A stretch of DNA of 64,000 nt from Nitrospirota bacterium (GTDB lineage: Bacteria > Nitrospirota > Thermodesulfovibrionia > Thermodesulfovibrionales > JdFR-86): NCBI GenBank assembly GCA_963721805.1, contig CAVRJY010000004.1, forward strand, positions 256,001-320,000, given 5' to 3'. Shown piece after piece: positions 52,077 through 59,384 of this stretch (its first letter is position 1; every line of letters starts with the position of its first letter). Below the pieces are notes generated by a model that saw only the letters and a program-made list of their open reading frames with translations, ran no database searches and was not told where the DNA came from. Made by a program: the position numbers and the translations under genes.

Positions 52077-52961
52077 TTATGCATGGATCTTATTCATTTT
52101 GCAACTGAGAATCTCACAGAACCTATTGGCATACCCTTCATCATTTGGTGATCCAAGCGCTAACGTCTTAAGCGATTTGGGTACACTATCAAGGAACCCC
52201 ATGAATCTTTTTTGATCTCTTCGCTTTAAAGTCTTAACCATGAGATCATGAACTATTTCAGGGGGAATAGCGCTAAACAATTTTTTGCATTCACTATAAA
52301 TTTGCGTATTTGGAACATTTGGTTCGAAGTCAAAGTATTCTCTAACGATCGAAAGATATTCATTCTTTCTAAGTGAATCAAAAATTACGCTAGGCTTCAC
52401 TTGCGTCTTCCCTGAAATGGGGTTCCTTATAGTCTTTAAAGTGTATCTCTCAGTTAGCACTATCAAGCCAATATTCTTTGCTATGACTCTGTCGATCCTC
52501 TCAGCTTGCGATTCAGAAGTTACGACATTTACTAAATCAAAAACACTTGAATACGCAGCGATTTGATTATCCAGCCTATCTAAAGAATCATAATCTGTCT
52601 TAATTTCATAAACTGTTGACGTTCCATTTAAAATAACAACATCTGCCTTGCAGTTGGCTGCTCTAAATTCAGTAAGCATGTATGATGTATTCAAGGAATG
52701 CCTGCCAAGCAATATTTTATTAGTGATAGCATTTTTATATACGTATTCATTCCGATAGGACTTAATAAGGTTATCGTGTAACCATTCAAAGAAATGACTA
52801 ATAGTTTCGCTATAAATATTCTTGGATATGTTGCTATTGGCAATTATTTCGGAAAAATATCTTGATTTGCGAGATTCGACTAAATCATTAATCACTACCG
52901 GTGAAAAAAGGGATGCAAGCGCTGGAAGGGCACTTTCTTCAAGAGAATACTCACGCGTCAT
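52077..52961 (-). CDS. sce7726-family protein, PD-(D/E)xK nuclease-like
   Basis: YRNEYVYKN, TEFR..KADVV..VYEIKT..DSLDRL..Q..Y restriction-fold motif. Confidence 0.8.
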   Translation of the reverse strand: MTREYSLEESALPALASLFSPVVINDLVESRKSRYFSEIIANSNISKNIYSETISHFFEWLHDNLIKSYRNEYVYKNAITNKILLGRHSLNTSYMLTEFRAANCKADVVILNGTSTVYEIKTDYDSLDRLDNQIAAYSSVFDLVNVVTSESQAERIDRVIAKNIGLIVLTERYTLKTIRNPISGKTQVKPSVIFDSLRKNEYLSIVREYFDFEPNVPNTQIYSECKKLFSAIPPEIVHDLMVKTLKRRDQKRFMGFLDSVPKSLKTLALGSPNDEGYANRFCEILSCKMNKIHA

Positions 52962-53074
52962 TCAAAATATTAGTATATAAATACTAATGAAATCAATTAG
53001 CGCAAATAAATTATTGGCAATACCGTGCTTCTGCCATTTGTATGCTTCTTGTGGTTCCCTTTTACACCCCGGTC

Positions 53075-54274
53075 TGTAAAGGTTACGCTCTTACCGGACA
53101 GTATCAGGCTGGAAAAAGCAGGCGGCAGCCAGCCCTTCCATCGGTTAGAATGTTTCACCACAAAACACAGACCGAAGGAGGAAGGGCATGACTGCCAAAG
53201 AAAAGATATCACAAGGGAGGCTTTCAATGCTTCAGCTGGCCGAGAGGCTCAGGAACGTGTCGGAGGCCTGTCGCCGCCGGGGGGTGAGCCGCAGCCAGTT
53301 TTACGAGTACAAGCGGGCGTTTCAGGAGCAGGGGTTTGCGGGGCTCGCGGACCTTCCGCCGATAGCGCGTAGCTGTCCCCACAAGACGCCTGAGGAGGCC
53401 CGCAAGCGAGTGATCGAGATGAGCCTTGCTCACCCCCGGTGGGGGAAGCAGCGCATCTTCGAGCACCTGCTTCTGGAGGGCATATTGGTGCGTCCCTCAA
53501 CTGTGTATCGCATCCAGGTTCGCGAGGGGCTGGAGTCGAAGGCCAAGCGCATCCTCCGGCTTGAGCAGGAGGCTAACGGCAAGGAGATCGAGCTAACGGA
53601 GGAGCAGGTCAAGCTCATCGAGCGGGCCAATCCGTGCTTCAGGGAAAGGCATGTGGAGAGCGCATATCCGGGCTATCTGCTCAGCCAGGACACCTTCACG
53701 GTGGGCAAGCTCAAGGGCATCGGGACCGTGTATCTGCAGGCCGTGGTGGACACGTACGGCTCTTATGCCTTCGGCAAGCTGTACACGTCGAAGAGGCCCG
53801 AGACGGCGGCCGACGTGCTCTACGACCGCGTGCTGCCGTTTTACGAGAACCATGGCATCAGGGTCCAGCATGTCCTGACGGACAACGGCTCGGAGTACTG
53901 CGGCAAGCTGCTGCGGCATCCGTACGAGCTGTTTCTGGCGCTTCACGACATCGCGCATCGAAGGACGAAGGTGGCGACACCGAGGACAAACGGATTCGTG
54001 GAGCGGTTTAATCGCACCATCCTGGACGAGTTCTTCTCGGAGACGTTCAGGTACCGGTTCTACGCATCGCTCGATGAGCTGCAGTATGACCTCGACCGGT
54101 GGCTGCACCACTACAACAACGAGCGCCCTCACAAGGGCTATCGCAACATGGGCAGACGGCCAATAGAAACTATCGAGCTGGGCAAAAAGCTAAGACAGAA
54201 AGCTGAGGAGGAGGCCGCCTGATCAGTGCGACCGATGAGATGGAAAACTGTCCGGAGAGCACTGGACTTTTACA
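53075..54274 (+). mobile_element. IS481-family insertion sequence (1200 bp)
   Basis: TGT...ACA ends; 28-bp imperfect IRs (TGTAAAGG...CCGGACAGT vs TGTAAAAG...CCGGACAGT, 20/28); single DDE transposase. Confidence 0.88.
53188..54222 (+). CDS. IS481-family transposase
   Basis: HTH (NVSEACRRRGVSRSQFY), QDT..DTYG, TDNGSEY, TNGFVERFNRT, YNNERPH. Confidence 0.95.
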   Translation: MTAKEKISQGRLSMLQLAERLRNVSEACRRRGVSRSQFYEYKRAFQEQGFAGLADLPPIARSCPHKTPEEARKRVIEMSLAHPRWGKQRIFEHLLLEGILVRPSTVYRIQVREGLESKAKRILRLEQEANGKEIELTEEQVKLIERANPCFRERHVESAYPGYLLSQDTFTVGKLKGIGTVYLQAVVDTYGSYAFGKLYTSKRPETAADVLYDRVLPFYENHGIRVQHVLTDNGSEYCGKLLRHPYELFLALHDIAHRRTKVATPRTNGFVERFNRTILDEFFSETFRYRFYASLDELQYDLDRWLHHYNNERPHKGYRNMGRRPIETIELGKKLRQKAEEEAA

Positions 54275-54316
54275 CTAGGAACTGGTTCCTAGGAACTGGT
54301 TCCCAGGAACCAGTTC
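54275..54316 (+). repeat. Three tandem 14-bp quasi-palindromic units
   Basis: CTAGGAACTGGTTC x2 then CCAGGAACCAGTTC. Confidence 0.85.
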
Positions 54317-54362
54317 CCATGGCGCAGTTCCGACCTGTTGGTTTATCATCGCGCATGATAAT

Positions 54363-54540
54363 GGCAGACTCTAAAAATAGCATCCTGCTGCGAGGGGCTC
54401 TGATCGCGGCATCCTGTGTCATCGGGACGAAAAACGTACTCAACGTAGCGCTGCTACGCCTCCGTTCCTTTTTCGCCCGCTTCCTTGTCTGCCACAATCT
54501 CGCTCCCTCTCGCTTACGAATACTATTTTCAGAGGCTGCC
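54363..54540. repeat. ERIC/MITE-like fold-back element
   Basis: 22-bp terminal IR (18/22), nested IRs, central CGTAGC-GCT-GCTACG hairpin. Confidence 0.65.
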
Positions 54541-54627
54541 TGTATACAGACTAATTTAGCGAGGTCGGAGATCGGGAGCGCCAAGCGCTCGATGGCTCGT
54601 AGAAATGGTTTGAGTGCTCGGCTGGCG

Positions 54628-54859
54628 CATCCGAACAAAACCCCAAAAACAGGCCAAAACATCCGAACATCCGAACACGGGCAAAATCAAAAAACTCGGT
54701 TTTCCGCTGGGTTACGCCCTATTTTGCGCCCAACATCCGAACAAAATCGGCAAAAACGCGCACGCACGCGCGCGGAATGCATATGTATACCTAAGCGCGA
54801 GCATCCGAACGGGCTTTTTCAGATCATGCCGTTGACCATTCCAATCATGCCGTTGACCA
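54628..54859 (+). repeat. Dispersed direct repeats (5x CATCCGAAC; 2x ATCATGCCGTTGACCA)
   Basis: 9-mer at 54628, 54660, 54668, 54734, 54802; 16-mer at 54823 and 54844. Confidence 0.85.
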
Positions 54860-55068
54860 CGAGGCGCGGAGGCAGCGGCTGGGCCGCGTACTTCGCCAAG
54901 CGCGAGAAATCGTGTCAGACTAGGAACGGCGAGGAAAACGTCCGAGGTGTACTGAGACGTACATTGAGGACGGATTTCCGAAGCCGTGACAACGTATCAC
55001 GCGAGTTTCGCGCGCTTTCCAAAAGGCTCCAATTGCATTCAACGAGTTCCGCCCGATATAATCGCACG

Positions 55069-55797
55069 ATGGCCGATAAACCAGATACCCATACAGAGCG
55101 GATCAGCAGAATGTTCGCCTCTATCGCTGGTAGATACGACTTCCTGAACCGCCTCCTGAGCCTCCGCCGCGACGTGGCATGGCGGCGCGCCTCGGCGCGT
55201 GCGCTGAGCTTCGGCACTACCAACCGCTTCCTCGATGTCGCGACCGGCACGGCGGACCTCGCGCTGGACGTGCTGCGCAGCCATCCGGGCGTGACCGCGC
55301 TCGGGGTGGACCTCGTGGAGGAACTCATGGAGATAGGCCGCGTAAAGGCCGCCCGCGCGAGGATGGCAGCGCGCATCAGCTTCGTCCGCGGCGACGCGCT
55401 TGCGCTGCCTGTCGAGGACGCCTCGTTTGATGCGGCCGGGATCGCCTTCGGCATCCGCAACATCCCGGATCGCGCCGCAGCGCTCCGCGAGATGAGGCGT
55501 GCGGTCGTGCCCGGCGGGACGGTGCTGGTGCTGGAGCTATCGGCATACGCGGTCGGGCCGTTTCAGGGGATGCACAGGTGGTATCTGAAGGCCGTGCTCC
55601 CGCGTCTGGCGCGGCTGTTCACGCACGACCCGGGCGCATACGAGTACCTGACTCGCTCGATCCTCGGGTTCCCCTCGCCGGAGGGCTTCTCGGCGATCAT
55701 GCGAGAGGCCGGGCTCGAGGCGGTGAGCGCCAGGCCGCTTACGCTCGGCGCGGCGTACCTCTATACCGGCAGGAGGCCCGCGCAAAAAACCACTTGA
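55069..55797 (+). CDS. ubiE: Demethylmenaquinone/ubiquinone methyltransferase (UbiE/MenG)
   Basis: MFASIAGRYDFLN, LDVATGTAD, GDALALP, AFGIRN, YLTRSI; TTGCAT-18-TATAAT directly before ATG 55069. Confidence 0.92.
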   Translation: MADKPDTHTERISRMFASIAGRYDFLNRLLSLRRDVAWRRASARALSFGTTNRFLDVATGTADLALDVLRSHPGVTALGVDLVEELMEIGRVKAARARMAARISFVRGDALALPVEDASFDAAGIAFGIRNIPDRAAALREMRRAVVPGGTVLVLELSAYAVGPFQGMHRWYLKAVLPRLARLFTHDPGAYEYLTRSILGFPSPEGFSAIMREAGLEAVSARPLTLGAAYLYTGRRPAQKTT

Positions 55798-55837
55798 CGT
55801 TTCGGGCCGCGAAAGCAGATAATGGATACCGGTTAAA

Positions 55838-56185
55838 ATGAAGCCAACAAAACCACACGATAAGGCGGTATACGAATTGCAGGCCGAGGTCTGCAAGACG
55901 ATCGCCAACCCTAAGCGCATCGAGATCATCCACTCGCTGAAGGCGGGGGAGCGCACGGTCTCGGAGCTCGTCGCGATATTGGGCGTGCCGAAGGCCAACG
56001 TCTCGCAGCACCTGGCGATGATGCGCAGCAAGGGCGTGCTCAAGGCCCGGCGCGAGGGAGTGAACATCTACTACAGCCTCACGAACCCGAAGGTCACGCA
56101 GGCCTGCCTGCTCATGCGCGAGGTCCTGACGGAGCAGATCAAGGAACGCAAGAAGACCCTCGTCAGAAGAAAGTCCGCGGACTGA
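55838..56185 (+). CDS. ArsR/SmtB family transcriptional regulator
   Basis: ANPKRIEII, VSEL, NVSQHL, RREG..IYYSL; TTGACG-18-GATAAT promoter upstream. Confidence 0.92.
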   Translation: MKPTKPHDKAVYELQAEVCKTIANPKRIEIIHSLKAGERTVSELVAILGVPKANVSQHLAMMRSKGVLKARREGVNIYYSLTNPKVTQACLLMREVLTEQIKERKKTLVRRKSAD

Positions 56186-56237
56186 GAACCCCTCACGCGG
56201 CAGCCTCAACCTCCCCGAGCAAAAAAGTGAATCCCCG

Positions 56238-56519
56238 ATGATAGTAGTGATCGAATCGCCGCCGCAATCCGTGCGCGCACAGGCCGGTGTGAGGGCCGCG
56301 GCCGACCTCACGGCGGACATCGCGCTCGTGGGCGATGCGGTGGGGCTCGCGAGGCGCGGGGCGCTGGAGGGGTTTTGCGGCACGGCGCACGCGCTTGAGG
56401 ACGACGTGCGCGAGCGCGGCATACCGGAGGGCGAGCTTGAGCGCGGGGTGCGGCTTATCGACCGGGCGGAGCTTAGGCGCCTGATCGAGGCCGAGGGCCG
56501 CGTGGAGGGCGAGTTCTAG
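56238..56519 (+). CDS. DsrH/TusB-like sulfur relay protein
   Basis: 93 aa; IESPP, LVGDAV, ALEDDVRERG, IDRAEL pattern. Confidence 0.6.
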   Translation: MIVVIESPPQSVRAQAGVRAAADLTADIALVGDAVGLARRGALEGFCGTAHALEDDVRERGIPEGELERGVRLIDRAELRRLIEAEGRVEGEF

Positions 56520-56528
56520 CCGGGCGGC

Positions 56529-56693
56529 CTATTTGGGACCCGGGTTGCGCACGCCGCCGACGGGAGCTGCGGATCCCGGCGCGCTATATTCGGGCGCGTC
56601 ATACCCGGGCCTGACCTCGATCGGCTTGGCGCAGCCAGCCACCGACACGATAAGGCCTATCACCGCCACCAGCACGATCAGCCGATTAGTCAT
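56529..56693 (-). CDS. Small lipoprotein
   Basis: MTNR + hydrophobic stretch + VAGC lipobox. Confidence 0.6.
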   Translation of the reverse strand: MTNRLIVLVAVIGLIVSVAGCAKPIEVRPGYDAPEYSAPGSAAPVGGVRNPGPK

Positions 56694-56752
56694 TTCCCGC
56701 ATCTCCTTTGCCACTCGGTTTCGACTTATCGTACCACGTTGCGGGGCTGCTG

Positions 56753-57121
56753 TCATCCCTTGAGCGCATCGGCTATCGCCTCGCGCACGGCAGGGTGCCG
56801 CTCGCTCTGAAGCGCAGCGCGCAGATGGGCCATCGCAGCATCGCTGCCGATCAGCTCGAGCAGGTACGCGGCGTCGCCCCTGATGGACGGGTTTTCGTGC
56901 GAGAGCCCGGCCGAGGCTATGGCGTCCACCGTGCGCTCGATCTCGTCCCGGAACTCGGGCAGGAGCTCGTCGACGAGCGCAGCCACGCCGATGCGCACGC
57001 GGCCGCGTTCGTCCGTGATGAGGGCGGGCAGGTGCTTGAAGAGAGCGGGATCGGCCCGGAACATATCGACGATGTTCTCAAGGAACCCGCCTTCCATGTA
57101 GCTGGATATCATATCAATCAT
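56753..57121 (-). CDS. HEAT-repeat protein
   Basis: DERGRVRIG, ENPSIRGDAAYLL, HPAVREA helical repeats. Confidence 0.7.
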   Translation of the reverse strand: MIDMISSYMEGGFLENIVDMFRADPALFKHLPALITDERGRVRIGVAALVDELLPEFRDEIERTVDAIASAGLSHENPSIRGDAAYLLELIGSDAAMAHLRAALQSERHPAVREAIADALKG

Positions 57122-57218
57122 GGGTTAATGATAAGCTTTTTCCCCGCTCTTAGGAAAGCGAGTGACGCATTAGGAATGCAACCACACCTCGAATAGGGGA
57201 GGGGCCAAGTCGGCCCCC

Positions 57219-59066
57219 CTACATCTCGACGCGCGCGGTGACGCCATGCAGCTTGTCCGGCGGCATGTTATGGAAGTGCACGAACGAGGGCGTGACGCGC
57301 TTGATCATCGCGAACAAGCCCCAGATCGGGTTCGTGGTCATGATCTCCTCGACGCCGTAAAAGATCGACTGGGTCCTGATCCCGTTTTCCTCAAGCAGGG
57401 CCGCGATGTCCGCGACCTCCATGTAGCCCATCTGTATCTCGAAGGAACGCAGGCCCTTGGCGAAGTCCTCCTTGAAGAACGCGGCCACGCCGTATGGGTC
57501 ATCGCGCTTGAGGATGTTTACGAGTATGTTGTCGTCGTATATGATCCCGTTGGTGAACATCGTGCGTATTATGTACGGGGGGATGAGCTTCGGGTCGCGG
57601 ACGAAGAAGAGCGCCGTCCCCTCGATCCTGCGGCGCACCCAGTACTCGCGCTTGTACGTCAGGAGGAACTGCTCGATCGAGATCGGCTTGATCGCCTCAA
57701 ACAGCCTCCGCTGGCCCTTGTGGTATACCGTCACTATCGTAAGCGGCACCGAGGCCAGAAGCAGCGACCAGTAGCCGCCGTACGGGATCTTGTGCATCGA
57801 GGAGCCGAGGTAGCACAGCCCCACCGCGGTGACGAGCACCGAGACCGCGAACTTCACGCGCGAGCCCTTTAAGTGGAATATCCACGACATGAATATCCCG
57901 GTGATGACCATCACGGCGTTGACCGCCAGGCCGTATGCGGCCGCCAGCCGCGCTGACTCGCCGAAGTATATCATCACAACCACGACAGCCACGAGAAGCA
58001 GCCAGTTGACCGAGCCTATATAGATCTGCGCCCGAAGTTCGGAGGAGGTGTTTTCCACCTTCATCAGCGGCATGATGCCGGTGTTGATCGCCTGGTATAC
58101 GACCGAGTACATACCGCTTATCATGGCCTGCGAGGCGATCGTAGTCGCGGCCACGCTCAGGAGCACAAACGGCACGTAGAGCAGCGGGGACTGGTGGCGG
58201 AACATCTCGAACATGATCGACTTCGTCTCGGGGTGGTCGAGCAGGTATGCGCCCTGGCCCATGTAATTTAGCACCAGCGCCACGACGACGAAGTACCAAG
58301 CCGTGACTATCGGCTTGCGGCCCATGTGGCCCATGTCCGCGTAAAGCGCCTCGCCCCCGGTCGCACACAGCAGGGCCTCGCTCAGCACGATGAACCCGGC
58401 GAGACCGTTTTCGGCGAGGAACCGCAAGGCGTACATCGGGTTTGCGGCCGCAAGCAGCTCCGGCCTGTCCATGAGCGCCCCGATGCCCGAGAACGCTATC
58501 ACCACGAACCATATGAGCATGATCGGCCCGAAGACCCCGGCCACGCGCTCTGTCCCCCGGTGCTGAAACACGAAGAGCAGCACCGCTATCACGATCGCGA
58601 TGAATACGATCGAGGGGCCTCCGAGGCCCTCCCAGCCGGGTATCAGGGCCGCGCCCTCCACCGCGCTTAAGATCGAGATCGCGGGCGTTATCACGCCGTC
58701 GCCGATCAGGAGCGATATCGCAAGGTAGCTAAGCGCGGTGACCACACCGGCGGCCTTCCCGGTCTTAAGCAGGCTGTGCAGGATCTCGCTCAGCACGATG
58801 CTGCCGCCCTCGCCCTTCCGGCTCAGGCTCATCGCAAGCCAGGCGTACTGCGTGCTTACCAATATCATGATCGTCCAGAACACGAGCGATACGACGCCCA
58901 TCACGTTGGCCTGCGTCGGCGGCAGTATAAGGAATATGACCGTGAGGGTATAGATCGGGCTCGTGCCTATGTCCCCGAACACGAGGCCGAGGGACTTCAA
59001 GGTCGCGGAGGCGAGATTGGGGCCGGGCTTAATGGCGGGGTCCTCCGCCGGGGCGATTATAAGCAA
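57219..59066 (-). CDS. kup: KUP/HAK/KT potassium transporter (start uncertain)
   Basis: GLVFGDIGTSPIY, GEGG, GDGVITPAISILSAVEG, EALYADMGH, AYGLAV. Confidence 0.95.
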   Translation of the reverse strand: MLIIAPAEDPAIKPGPNLASATLKSLGLVFGDIGTSPIYTLTVIFLILPPTQANVMGVVSLVFWTIMILVSTQYAWLAMSLSRKGEGGSIVLSEILHSLLKTGKAAGVVTALSYLAISLLIGDGVITPAISILSAVEGAALIPGWEGLGGPSIVFIAIVIAVLLFVFQHRGTERVAGVFGPIMLIWFVVIAFSGIGALMDRPELLAAANPMYALRFLAENGLAGFIVLSEALLCATGGEALYADMGHMGRKPIVTAWYFVVVALVLNYMGQGAYLLDHPETKSIMFEMFRHQSPLLYVPFVLLSVAATTIASQAMISGMYSVVYQAINTGIMPLMKVENTSSELRAQIYIGSVNWLLLVAVVVVMIYFGESARLAAAYGLAVNAVMVITGIFMSWIFHLKGSRVKFAVSVLVTAVGLCYLGSSMHKIPYGGYWSLLLASVPLTIVTVYHKGQRRLFEAIKPISIEQFLLTYKREYWVRRRIEGTALFFVRDPKLIPPYIIRTMFTNGIIYDDNILVNILKRDDPYGVAAFFKEDFAKGLRSFEIQMGYMEVADIAALLEENGIRTQSIFYGVEEIMTTNPIWGLFAMIKRVTPSFVHFHNMPPDKLHGVTARVEM

Positions 59067-59089
59067 TATGCATGGAGCGTGTCCCTTCC

Positions 59090-59202
59090 CGGGCCTGCGA
59101 GGTTAGCTGACGGGCTCGGGCTGGAAGTGCCCTATCCATTTCCGGAATGCGCCCCATTACTGCTGGTTCCCCCGCCCCACCTCTGCGGTGGGCTCGGCCA
59201 TC
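59090..59202 (-). ncRNA. c-di-AMP (ydaO/yuaA) riboswitch
   Basis: Minus strand GCCGAGCCC..GGGGCGGGGGAACC..TGGGGCGCATTCC..TAGGG..CCCGAGCCCGTCAGCTAACCTCGCAGGC matches the ydaO consensus; upstream of a K+ transporter; TTGACA-18-TAGCCT promoter at 59238-59209. Confidence 0.9.
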
Positions 59203-59384
59203 ACCCTAAGGCTAACGCAAGAGCCGTGTTCATGTCAATATGTTAAAGCGCGCCAAATCGTTTGGGGCCGCGTTTAAGGCCGCGGGCACAGTACTGCTGG
59301 CCTTCGCCGTGCTGTTCGGCATCACCTCCGCGCGTCGCGCATAGCGGCTATTGCTTCTTGTGCCTCATGCGTGCATAATGCCAT

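Noticed and set aside
52997..53372. Small ORFs 52997-53227 (-) and 53025-53372 (+)
   Set aside because: They straddle the IS left end and transposase start; no coding features
54275..54859. Possible CRISPR array
   Set aside because: Repeats are 9-16 bp, irregularly spaced, without unique 30-40 bp spacers; no cas genes
54226..55797. 523-aa ORF as a single fusion protein
   Set aside because: Only the last 242 aa resemble UbiE/MenG; a good promoter sits directly before ATG 55069 and the upstream part crosses IS end and repeats
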